Part shown: piece after piece, positions 1 to 8,676 of the stretch
How positions within the stretch are numbered: position 1 is the first letter of the stretch
How the letters are laid out: each line of letters begins with the position of its first letter
Position numbers and translations under genes: made by a program
From: Candidatus Asgardarchaeum abyssi
Lineage (GTDB): Archaea; Asgardarchaeota; Asgardarchaeia; Asgardarchaeales; Asgardarchaeaceae
Assembly (NCBI GenBank): GCA_040225955.1
Contig: JBECUL010000035.1
Span: forward strand, 1 to 22,602
Length of the DNA stretch: 22,602 nt
Direction: 5' to 3'
The notes under the pieces: generated by a model
What the model saw: the letters and a program-made list of their open reading frames with translations, nothing else
Databases searched by the model: none
Told to the model about the DNA's origin: nothing

Positions 1-119
1 TTCTAGTAGGACGCGTTGGTGTAGCTATTTTATTGATTCTTGCTAAAAGAGACGCTAAGACAGGTGTCTTATTGCATATTCTTGATAGGGCTAAGGCAAG
101 ACTTGAAAGTAAAATATAA
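1..119 (+). CDS. Roadblock/LC7 (MglB-like) domain protein, 3' fragment (5'-truncated by window)
   Basis: Not in the ORF track. The frame from nt 3 reads LVGRVGVAILLILAKRDAKTGVLLHILDRAKARLESKI*, with TAA at 117-119. The pattern (two beta strands, then 'AKxG-hhh' and an amphipathic terminal helix) matches roadblock/LC7 C-termini. Confidence 0.7.
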   Translation, partial: LVGRVGVAILLILAKRDAKTGVLLHILDRAKARLESKI

Positions 120-276
120 CTTTCACTTAATAGATTTTAAGATACTTTCTTATTTTTCATAAAGACTTATATTCATCATATAAGAGTCATTTTGATTTTT
201 TTGCTAATAAAAACTAAAAAGATAATGAAACAGTAATATATTATATTATTAAGTATTCAATATTAAGGTGGCTTTT

Positions 277-1839
277 ATGAAATTACGTGCAAAAATTGTT
301 GATTTAGAAGCAGCTGGAAAGCCAATTGCAATTCTTAATAAAAATGATGCGAGATTATTACGTGTTGCTCCACTAGAAAGGGTGTCAATAGTTTACGATA
401 ATAGAGAAATAATAGCACTTATAGATGTTACTGATACCTTTGTTTCAGAAGGTGAAATTGGCTTATTTGAAAGTATTATTGAAACGCTGAAAGTTAAAGA
501 TAATGACATAGTTGATGTACATCCCGCTCCTAAGCCAGTCTCTATAAGTTATATTAAACGTAAAATGTTAAGGGAGCATTCTTTAACAAGAGAGCAATTT
601 TTCGAATTAATGAATGATATAAATTTAAATAGATTATCCGACACCGAGATTGCTGTTTTTATATCCTCTGTTGCAATAAATGGATTAACAGATAACGAAA
701 TTCTCGATCTAATAGACGCTCTTGTTAATACTGGAGAGCAATTAAATTTAAGTGATATCAAAAATGTAGTTACAAAGCACAGTATTGGTGGGATTCCTGG
801 TAATAGAGTAACTCTTCTTATATTGCCAATTGTTACAGCTGCTGGTCTGATAATGCCAAAGCTAAGTACACGAGCGATTACCTCTCCTTCTGGAACTGCT
901 GATACTGCGGAGATATTTATGCCAATAGATCTAACAATAGATGAATTTAGAAAGATAATCCTTAAAGTTGGAGGGGCTTTAGCGTCTAATGAACGACTAG
1001 GAATATGCCCTGCCATGTCAAAATTAATACGAATATTATCACCATTAGCATTAGATCCAGAACCGCTGTTGATATCAAGTATATTGGCTCATATGAAAGC
1101 TTTAAGCGCAAAACATGTTGTTATTGACATACCCACCGGACGGGGTGCGAAGGTGTATAGACTAGCAAAAGCTCAAGAGCTTGGTGAAAAAATGGTATCG
1201 ATTGGCATGAGAGCGGGTGTATCTCTTGAATGTGTAATTACACCTGGCGATAGGCCTATTGGAAAATTTATAGGTCCAGCTTTAGAAGCTTATGACGTAT
1301 TAAGAATATTAACTACAGGAAAAGGGTCTTTTGACCTAAAAAATAAAGCTCTTAGCTTAGCAGGTATACTTTTAGAGGTAACTAATATAGCCGAATATGG
1401 GAAAGGTGTAAAAGTTGCTGAGGAAATATTGGAAAGTGGGAAGGCTTGGAAAAAAATGATGGAGATCATTGAAATACAGGGAGGAGATCCAAAAGTATCT
1501 TTAGATGACATCCCTCTTGGCACATATACTGCTGAGTATTACGCACCAATGGATGGGACGGTATACGGTTTTGACAACAGAACAATACGCGAAATTGCAA
1601 AAGTTGCTGGGGCTCCAATTGATAAAGGAGCTGGTGTTGTGCTTCTTGTAGATAAAGGTGATGACGTGAAGAAAGGCCAATTGTTGATGAAAATATATTC
1701 AAACAGCGAGGCGAGGCTCACTCAAGCTCTGAAAGTAGCAGAAAGAAGAAATCCATACATTTTCGAAAAAATGATTTTAGGTAGGATAACTCCTGATAAA
1801 GTACATATAGAGGATGAAAGTATTTTTGGAGAGAGTTAG
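277..1839 (+). CDS. AMP phosphorylase (archaeal thymidine/pyrimidine-nucleoside phosphorylase family, long form)
   Basis: Motifs HSIGGIPGN, RAITSPSGTAD, LDP, IDIPTGRGAKV, IGPALEA and GAPIDKGAG, plus the extra N-terminal domain typical of archaeal AMPpases. I moved the start from GTG268 to ATG277 because AGGTGG (266-271) sits at RBS spacing. Confidence 0.9.
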   Translation: MKLRAKIVDLEAAGKPIAILNKNDARLLRVAPLERVSIVYDNREIIALIDVTDTFVSEGEIGLFESIIETLKVKDNDIVDVHPAPKPVSISYIKRKMLREHSLTREQFFELMNDINLNRLSDTEIAVFISSVAINGLTDNEILDLIDALVNTGEQLNLSDIKNVVTKHSIGGIPGNRVTLLILPIVTAAGLIMPKLSTRAITSPSGTADTAEIFMPIDLTIDEFRKIILKVGGALASNERLGICPAMSKLIRILSPLALDPEPLLISSILAHMKALSAKHVVIDIPTGRGAKVYRLAKAQELGEKMVSIGMRAGVSLECVITPGDRPIGKFIGPALEAYDVLRILTTGKGSFDLKNKALSLAGILLEVTNIAEYGKGVKVAEEILESGKAWKKMMEIIEIQGGDPKVSLDDIPLGTYTAEYYAPMDGTVYGFDNRTIREIAKVAGAPIDKGAGVVLLVDKGDDVKKGQLLMKIYSNSEARLTQALKVAERRNPYIFEKMILGRITPDKVHIEDESIFGES

Positions 1840-2522
1840 GTACTGGTGTACACCTTTATTTCTGAAGCTTCTCCTTCAGCGAGTGCAATGATGTTTTTTA
1901 CTGCTTTTTCCGTCGCTTCTATAAGCGTTTTTTCATCCAAACCTGGTACTCCTGCTCCGATAAGTAAAACATTCCTAGTTTCCTTTGTTACTTTCGTTCT
2001 ATCTGAATCCCTATAGGGGTAGATGTTGATGATTCCTATTTTATCTCTAAGAACCAGTTCCTTTCCTTTCAAAACTTTAGGCTCTTTCATTCCAATTCCG
2101 AAGAATGATTCATTCTCCTTAGCAAAATCAAATATGAGAGGTGTTACAACCTTGTCAAAGTCGTAAGCTCCAAAGGAAATAAACGTTTCAGCTGATGCAA
2201 AATTGTATGCATCAACAACATTTAGAATTCTGGGAATTCGTTTTCCTTGTAATATTCTTCTTGCCAGCGCTTCACCAGAAGGTCTTATCTTTGTTGGATC
2301 TATATCCAGATATTTCCAGTAAAAGTCTCTATATAGTCGTATAATGCGATTATCCTTTAATTCGTTAAGCGAAGTTCTATTAAAAATTGTATTTCTAACA
2401 TTTTCAAATGTTAAATTAAATAGTTTTTCATCAGTCTCTCTAACTGTTAAATTTGAAATTTTTACTATTGTAACCGGAAAGGCTGGGATTCTCTCCTTCA
2501 CCTTATTATTCCAATAGATCAT
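1836..2522 (-). CDS. Free-standing B3/B4 (PheRS beta editing-like) domain protein
   Basis: Motifs YRDFYW..IDPTKIRPSGEALARR, INVVD-like LNVVDAYN, GAYDFD and RDSDRTKVT are typical of the family. The start is probably ATG2522 (MIYWN), preceded by GGTGA, rather than 2555. Its stop overlaps the AMPpase stop (1836-1839). Confidence 0.88.
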   Translation of the reverse strand: MIYWNNKVKERIPAFPVTIVKISNLTVRETDEKLFNLTFENVRNTIFNRTSLNELKDNRIIRLYRDFYWKYLDIDPTKIRPSGEALARRILQGKRIPRILNVVDAYNFASAETFISFGAYDFDKVVTPLIFDFAKENESFFGIGMKEPKVLKGKELVLRDKIGIINIYPYRDSDRTKVTKETRNVLLIGAGVPGLDEKTLIEATEKAVKNIIALAEGEASEIKVYTST

Positions 2523-3170
2523 GGAGCTCACCGTACGCAATTTTTCAATTTTCATTGTTATAAATAAAATTGTTTAACATGGCAATATAAAGTTGTCTTC
2601 TCTATTAATTACGGTTAACCAAGTCTGAATGAAGACTCGAAGTTCTAAAGATTTTTCATAAGGATAAAAAGCTGAGATTTTTGAAGCTTAAAATATGAGT
2701 AAACAAGTAAATTTTGCTCAGAATATTCATAATCGATCTACGGAATTGATATCAGTATGCCATCTAAACATTCTGCTGATTGTGATTAATTTTTATATTC
2801 TGCTAATATTTAAGAATAATTAGTAGTGATATAACTATGGAGATTAATACTTAAAGTAGGGATCATAATACTAAGTTTATGATAATTAGTTTACAGTTAC
2901 ATAATAACCCACAATATCAACTAATATAATTGCAAAAGAGAAATGGACTGCGTATGACAATAAAATCTAGTTGTTTTAAATCATTTTTGCAAGATATAAT
3001 TCTTCAGTAAATTTATTTTGCAGTAGAAATAATTCGTGTCTGTAGCTTAAAGGTTTTATACATTATTATGACTTCTTCTATTGTTGCATACCCAAGCTGG
3101 TAATGAAAAGCGCTTGCAGCGCAATCTTTTTATATACAATAAATAGTTATTATCTATAGAGTGGACGGGT

Positions 3171-3581
3171 ATGAAAGCTATCTTCGGGCAGTCAATGAAG
3201 AGAAGTTTGAAATTGGTAATATTGGCAACGGTTATTTTTGGAGTTTTTGCAATACAATTCTTAACTAATATATATTATGGTCGGCTATTAACAATAAATG
3301 AACTGCTATTATATCTTGATGTAATGCTATTTTCTTTAGTGATGATTGTATATAATTCCTTAAAAAAATCATACTTAAAATACACAATTGGAGTTATAGG
3401 CTTTATAATCTTTACTATATTTGGACTAATAGGCATTATTTTAAGCTACACTAGTACTGTTTATTACTTTATAACTCTGATTGTCTTTATAGTAATTGAG
3501 CTATACTTTATGGATAGGTTCTTAGGATTGCCAATTGGTGAAAAGCTTAATCGTATAATAATTAAAAATACGAAAAGTTAA
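3171..3581 (+). CDS. Hypothetical integral membrane protein (~4 TM helices)
   Basis: 136-aa ORF with four hydrophobic stretches separated by short polar or basic loops. TATA-like TTTATATA at ~3129-3136. No family recognised. Confidence 0.65.
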   Translation: MKAIFGQSMKRSLKLVILATVIFGVFAIQFLTNIYYGRLLTINELLLYLDVMLFSLVMIVYNSLKKSYLKYTIGVIGFIIFTIFGLIGIILSYTSTVYYFITLIVFIVIELYFMDRFLGLPIGEKLNRIIIKNTKS

Positions 3582-3833
3582 TGTGTATACTTTCACCTTC
3601 TCATCCTCTGTAGAAGTTTTATTGCTCAGTAACTCTTCGTATTTGCTCTTTCTATTTTTTTATTCTTCTTTATAATAGTAAAGTTTGTAAAATGTTTGTG
3701 TTTTAATTCACGACTATGTCTATTGTGATGTGTTATGCGGTAATGTAGTCAGGGACTGGAGGGTGCGCTTTAATGATGATTAGAAGTAAAAAAATCCTTA
3801 TAGTTAACAAACTGAGAAATTGTACAAGCTTTA

Positions 3834-3856
3834 TTGTGATATTATAATTATCACAA
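3834..3856. promoter_or_regulatory. Putative transcription-factor operator: inverted repeat TTGTGATA-N7-TATCACAA enclosing TTATAA
   Basis: Perfect 8-bp inverted repeat (3834-3841 / 3849-3856), ~155 nt upstream of the acyl-CoA synthetase operon. Confidence 0.45.
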
Positions 3857-4009
3857 AGAACAGAAATAACTTTAGAAATTTTTTATGACAAGAAAAAAAT
3901 TAACATTATTTTCTTCATTTTTTGTGCCTTTTTTCAACAAAAGAAGCAAAAAAATATTTAAAATAATCATCAAATTATGCATGTACTAATCCCACTTTAA
4001 CTGTTATAA

Positions 4010-6130
4010 ATGGTGGTAACGTTGGAAAGTAATATAAGATATCTCTTTGTCCCAAAATCTGTTGCGGTTATAGGTGCTGCTCGTGAGCCATATAAAGTAG
4101 GTCATTCAGTGGTAAAAAATCTCTTAAATCATGGTTATAAGGGGAAGATATATCCTGTAAATCCGAAGGCAGATGAAATTCTTGGACTAAAGGTTTATAA
4201 ATCTGTGCTTGATATTCCCGATGATGTGGACTTGGCTGTAATAGCAGTTAAAGCATCAATAGTCCCACTAGTTTTAGAAGAGTGTGGTAAAAAAGGCGTT
4301 AAGGCTGCTATTGTTATATCTGCTGGCTTTAAGGAGATTGGTGTAGAGGGTGCAAAGCTTGAAAAACTTGTAGTCAATATAGCAAAGAAATACGATATTG
4401 CTCTACAGGGACCTAACTGCCTTGGTACAATAGATACATATACCCCCTTAAATGCTAGCTTTGCAAGCAACATGCCTTACAAAGGGAATATAGCATTTAT
4501 ATCTCAAAGCGGAGCTCTCTGCACTGCTATCTTAGATTGGTCGCTAAAAGAGAAAATAGGATTTTCTAAGTTTGTTAGCTTAGGAAATAAGGCCGTTTTA
4601 GATGAAATTGATTTTATGGAGGAAATTGCAAAAGACGATAACACTAAGGTAATTCTTGTTTACATAGAGTCTATAGAAGATGGTGAGAAGTTTCTTAAAT
4701 TAATGCCTGAAATTACGAAAAAGAAGCCTGTTATTGTAGTTAAAGGAGGGGTGTCTGAAGAAGGGGCTCGAGCTGCTAGCAGTCATACTGGTGCTCTCGC
4801 AGGAAGCTTTGTTGCATATGAAACAGCATTTAGACAAACTGGGGTTATTGCAGCAAGCAGTGTAAGTGATCTTTTTGACTTTGCTGCAGCATTCAGCACC
4901 CAGCCAATTCCTAAAGGACCAAGAGTTGCAATAGTTACAAATGCTGGTGGTCCTGGAATATTGGCAACTGATGCTTGTGTTCGTGAAGGATTAAAACTCG
5001 CTAAATTTTCAACAGAAACGATAAATAGATTAAAAGAGAAACTTCCTCCAATGGCTAATATCTATAACCCGATTGATGTTATCGGCGATGCAAAGGCTGA
5101 TAGATATTACTACGCAATGGATGTTGCATTATCAGATGATAATGTTGATTCATTAATAGTCTTATTAACCCCTCAAGCTATGACTGAACCATTGGAAACA
5201 GCTAGGAAGATAATAGAAATCAAAGAGAAATATCCTGAAAAACCTGTTTTGGCGGTATTTATGGGTGGTCCAGATGTTGATGAAGCTATAAAGTTCTTAA
5301 AAGAGAACAAAGTTCCGACATATCAATTTCCAGATAATGCAGTTCGCGCTCTTTCTGCATTAGCAAAATATGGAGAGTACTTAAAGAGACCAGTGGATAA
5401 ACCAGTAGTCTTTAATGATGTAGATAAAGAAAAGGTGAAGGAGATTATAGAAAGAGTACGTAATGACGGTCGAGTAGTATTATTAGGAAATGAAGCAGCT
5501 CAAATTGTCCATGCTTATGGCATCCCTGTACCCAAAATAATGCTTGCAAAAAATGAAAGTGAAGCTGTTCAAATTGCGAATGAATTAGGATATCCTGTTG
5601 TTTTAAGAATAGCTTCACCTCAAATTCTCCATAAATCTGATATAGGTGCTATTGCAATAAATATAAAAAATGCTGAGGAAGTAAAGCAAAAATTCAGAGA
5701 AATTCTTGAAAATGCAAAACATTATGCTCCTCATGCAAAAATATATGGTATTGAAATATATCCCCTAGCTCCAAAAGGAAAAGAAATGATAGTTGGTGTT
5801 AGTAAGGATCCTCAGTTTGGACATTTAATAATGTTTGGATTAGGTGGCATCTATGTTAACTTTTTGAAAGATGTATCGTTTGGTTTAGCACCATTATCAG
5901 AGAGAGAGGCCAGAGAAATGATACAAAGGACGAAAGCGTATACATTATTATCTGGCATTCGTGGGGAAAAGCCATCAGACATAAAATCTATTATAGAAAT
6001 TCTACTAAGAATTAGTCAACTTGTTGTAGATTTTCCAGAAATTGCAGAGATAGACATAAATCCACTATTTGTTTACGATGAAGGAAAGGGAGCATTGGCT
6101 CTCGATGTAAAAATGGCTCTTCATGCTTAA
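4010..6130 (+). CDS. Acetate/acyl-CoA ligase (ADP-forming), fused alpha-beta form (ACD)
   Basis: CoA-binding domain (PKSVAVIGA, YPVNP, ISAGFKE, GPNCLG), SQSGA, phospho-His SHTGALAG, TNAGGPG and NPIDVIGDA, then an ATP-grasp domain with HKSD, DPQFG..FGLGG and EIDINP. The start may be TTG4022, after GGTGG. Confidence 0.93.
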   Translation: MVVTLESNIRYLFVPKSVAVIGAAREPYKVGHSVVKNLLNHGYKGKIYPVNPKADEILGLKVYKSVLDIPDDVDLAVIAVKASIVPLVLEECGKKGVKAAIVISAGFKEIGVEGAKLEKLVVNIAKKYDIALQGPNCLGTIDTYTPLNASFASNMPYKGNIAFISQSGALCTAILDWSLKEKIGFSKFVSLGNKAVLDEIDFMEEIAKDDNTKVILVYIESIEDGEKFLKLMPEITKKKPVIVVKGGVSEEGARAASSHTGALAGSFVAYETAFRQTGVIAASSVSDLFDFAAAFSTQPIPKGPRVAIVTNAGGPGILATDACVREGLKLAKFSTETINRLKEKLPPMANIYNPIDVIGDAKADRYYYAMDVALSDDNVDSLIVLLTPQAMTEPLETARKIIEIKEKYPEKPVLAVFMGGPDVDEAIKFLKENKVPTYQFPDNAVRALSALAKYGEYLKRPVDKPVVFNDVDKEKVKEIIERVRNDGRVVLLGNEAAQIVHAYGIPVPKIMLAKNESEAVQIANELGYPVVLRIASPQILHKSDIGAIAINIKNAEEVKQKFREILENAKHYAPHAKIYGIEIYPLAPKGKEMIVGVSKDPQFGHLIMFGLGGIYVNFLKDVSFGLAPLSEREAREMIQRTKAYTLLSGIRGEKPSDIKSIIEILLRISQLVVDFPEIAEIDINPLFVYDEGKGALALDVKMALHA

Positions 6131-6144
6131 TGAGGTGAGTATAT

Positions 6145-7203
6145 ATGAAAAATTTATTTATTGTTGGTTGTGGTCCAAGCGGAAAAACTTCTTTAAGTTT
6201 AGGATTGAGTTTAATTTTTAAGGAAAATGGATATAAAGTGGGTTACTTCAAGCCTATATCGGCTATAGATAAAATTGTTAATGGAAAAGCAATAGACTTT
6301 GATGTAAAAGTTATGAAAAAGGCCTTAGAACTCACAGATTCTGAGGATGATATAGGTCCTATTAGAATCTCTGATCAATTTATAGGCGATCTAAGCAAAG
6401 AAAAAATTAAGAGTAAGGTAAGCGAAAGCTACCAGAGATTGATAAATAATAAAGATTTCCTTATAATTGAAGCTGGTCGCGATCCAGATTTTCTTCTCGC
6501 TTATGATTTTCCAGCTTGGAAGCTTGCAACGCAATTCAATTCAAAGGTGTTACTTGTTGGATATGGTGATTCTGATCATATAGTTGATAAATTTTTATTC
6601 TATAAAACTCACTTTAAGGATCATAATGTTGATGTTGTAGGGGCAATTATAAATTATGTTCCATATCACTTGAAGGAACGAATGAACGATATAATCTCTC
6701 CCTTCCTAGAGAATAATGGTGTGCGGGTTTTAGGTGTAGTTCCGCAAGAAACAGAGTTAATATCACCAACTGTTAGAAGTATCGTAGAAATATTAGGTGG
6801 CGAACTATTAGAAGGTCATGAAAACATAGATCGTATTGTGGAGGATATATTAGTAGGTGCTATGACCCCGGAGGCGGCTTTAAAATATTTTAGAAGATCA
6901 ATAAATAAAGCCGTAATCACTGGTGGCGATAGAGCCGATCTTGCAATTGCAGCATTAGAAACTAATACAAGTATTTTAATATTAACTGGTGGTCTCTTTC
7001 CATCACAGCAGGTCCTAATAAGGGCAAAAGAGAAAGGTGTACCAGTTTTGTTAGTACCATATGATACCTACACTACTGTTACAAAGCTTGAAGGGTTAAC
7101 TGGAAAGATATCTCCTGATGATGCGAAAAAGATAGAAGCCACAAAGCAAATAATTTCAAAATATGTAGAGTGGAAAGTGATTCTTGACGAATTAGTAGAA
7201 TGA
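6145..7203 (+). CDS. Phosphotransacetylase N-terminal-like protein (BioD-like P-loop + DRTGG domain)
   Basis: GPSGKT P-loop, GYFKP, IIEAG and ITGGDRADL..AAL..LILTGG. No Pta catalytic C-terminal domain. RBS GAGGTGA at 6132-6138. Confidence 0.88.
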   Translation: MKNLFIVGCGPSGKTSLSLGLSLIFKENGYKVGYFKPISAIDKIVNGKAIDFDVKVMKKALELTDSEDDIGPIRISDQFIGDLSKEKIKSKVSESYQRLINNKDFLIIEAGRDPDFLLAYDFPAWKLATQFNSKVLLVGYGDSDHIVDKFLFYKTHFKDHNVDVVGAIINYVPYHLKERMNDIISPFLENNGVRVLGVVPQETELISPTVRSIVEILGGELLEGHENIDRIVEDILVGAMTPEAALKYFRRSINKAVITGGDRADLAIAALETNTSILILTGGLFPSQQVLIRAKEKGVPVLLVPYDTYTTVTKLEGLTGKISPDDAKKIEATKQIISKYVEWKVILDELVE

Positions 7204-7217
7204 TTTTGGTGAATTAG

Positions 7218-8102
7218 ATGGACATATTTGCTTCAAAAAAAGTTGCCGTGGTTGTTCCTATATTCAGTGAGGAACAAAAAATATTAGGGACTCTCAAATC
7301 TTTAAATAATCAACATCTAAAGCCAAAAACAATAGTAGTAATTAATTTGATATCCGAAAAAATCTTTCAGACGGCCCACAAAATGGGTGCTATTGTTGTT
7401 GATATACGTAAAAAAAGGATTAAAAAATATACTATTTTCAGTACGTCCCCTCTTCTAGCGTTTGTGATAAATCAAGGTATTAAAAAGGTAGCCGAAATAA
7501 GTAAAAGCTGGGACTATATTCTTATTTTAAGTGCAGGATCAATAGTAGATCCATCTTTTATAGAAATACTTGTTAAACGGGCAGAACAAACAAAATCTGT
7601 AATGAATATAGTGTATTTTGATAAAACAATATTCCCTATTTTAGACTCATGGAAGTTCGGATACCTTATAAACTTCAAATTTTGGAAAAAGATCGGTTTA
7701 AAGTTCCCCTTGAATTTTGGTTGGGCTGGATATCTTATACTAAAAGCTATTTCTATGGGCTATCATGTTACTTTTTCGAGCTATGACAGAAACTTTTACC
7801 CACCCACAACTCATATTGACATCCTGGAAGCATATGGATATGGCATTTCTATGGCTCTTCTAAGGTATCCCCTCCTCTTAGGGATGATCAATTCTCTTCT
7901 TGTTTCTCGTTATAACAAAAGGCAGGCTATAGAGACATTTCTAAGTTTTATAATAAATCGTAGAGGGCGAAAATACGTATTACGCACTAATAAACTTAAA
8001 TCATTGTTCCAAAATCTACTTAAGCGACAAATAAGCGCATTGGAAAGCCAAATATTTAATTTCTTAAAAGTTTCATTGATTAAATTAAAAATTGTAAAAT
8101 AA
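7218..8102 (+). CDS. Glycosyltransferase family 2-like protein, degenerate motifs
   Basis: The N-terminus VVVPIFSEEQKI..TLKSL.NQ.LKP..IVVI and the later 'NQGI..WDYILIL' follow the GT-A/GT2 pattern, but the DDGS and DxD motifs are absent. RBS GGTGA at 7208-7212. Confidence 0.65.
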   Translation: MDIFASKKVAVVVPIFSEEQKILGTLKSLNNQHLKPKTIVVINLISEKIFQTAHKMGAIVVDIRKKRIKKYTIFSTSPLLAFVINQGIKKVAEISKSWDYILILSAGSIVDPSFIEILVKRAEQTKSVMNIVYFDKTIFPILDSWKFGYLINFKFWKKIGLKFPLNFGWAGYLILKAISMGYHVTFSSYDRNFYPPTTHIDILEAYGYGISMALLRYPLLLGMINSLLVSRYNKRQAIETFLSFIINRRGRKYVLRTNKLKSLFQNLLKRQISALESQIFNFLKVSLIKLKIVK

Positions 8103-8188
8103 TAAAAACAACCCCCTCACTTTTCTTCGCAAAAAGCATAACCTTTAATAGTTGGGGTTTAATTCAAATTATCAGAGCCTATAAAAAA

Positions 8189-8665
8189 TTGGATGTGAAT
8201 TATTTGACAGCTTGGGAAGTAACTCTATCTGGAGAGACTCCTGATAGTGAAATTAAGATTGCATTTACTGATGCGAGTGAAATTTTTGAAAATACGATCG
8301 GTGTAAATGATATTTTCATCCACAAACTCTTAGATCTAATAAAGGAAAATGAAAACTATTCAATTTACACGGGAATTAAGAAAGTTGTTTCACCGTCTGG
8401 TGAGGATAAATCAGATCGCGCTTTATTTATCTTGGTAGGGGAAGACAAGCATGAAGTTAAATTTGCAATTCTATTAGGCCAAGTTGATGAAAAGACATGG
8501 ATAATTGTAGGCTTCTGGCCAGATGCTTTTGCAGAAGCTTGTAAAGAACATAATGAAATCCTAGAATCCATTCTTCAATCTGTTTTATTTAACCCTGATA
8601 ACTGGAAATTTATAGAGTTCGTAGTTCCATTTTCACAATTCACGCAAACCCAAACAGAAGAATAA
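8189..8665 (+). CDS. Hypothetical acidic alpha/beta protein
   Basis: 158-aa ORF with a TTG start and globular, D/E-rich composition. It fills the gap before the convergent sirtuin gene. Confidence 0.75.
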   Translation: MDVNYLTAWEVTLSGETPDSEIKIAFTDASEIFENTIGVNDIFIHKLLDLIKENENYSIYTGIKKVVSPSGEDKSDRALFILVGEDKHEVKFAILLGQVDEKTWIIVGFWPDAFAEACKEHNEILESILQSVLFNPDNWKFIEFVVPFSQFTQTQTEE

Positions 8666-8676
8666 TTCGGGGTGAA

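Noticed and set aside
549-1721. Minus-strand ORFs inside AMP phosphorylase (549-1016, 1290-1523, 1466-1702, 1539-1721)
   Set aside because: Antisense shadows of a well-supported gene with no recognisable motifs.
2622-2637. AGTCT-gaatga-AGACT hairpin as a SECIS-like element
   Set aside because: The stem is only 5 bp, and I saw no gene in the window that needs in-frame TGA readthrough.
3580-3660. Minus-strand peptide ...EDEKVKVYT resembling the B3/B4 C-terminus (EIKVYT), as an insertion-boundary duplication
   Set aside because: The similarity covers about 4 residues with poor nucleotide identity, which is expected by chance.
3773-3815. Box C (ATGATGA) ... box D (CTGA) pair as a C/D guide sRNA
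   Set aside because: Only 32 nt of A-rich sequence lies between the boxes, with no D'/C' boxes or plausible guides.
4010-6130. ACD gene as a Pat/PatZ-type protein acetyltransferase opposing CobB
   Set aside because: There is no GNAT domain, and both phosphorylatable His motifs (SHTG, HKSD) are intact, which indicates a true ligase.
8110-8159. AACCCC...GGGGTT inverted repeat or G-string as an ORB or terminator
   Set aside because: The arms are 6 bp and ~38 nt apart, with a single copy, no ORB consensus and no cdc6/orc1 gene nearby.
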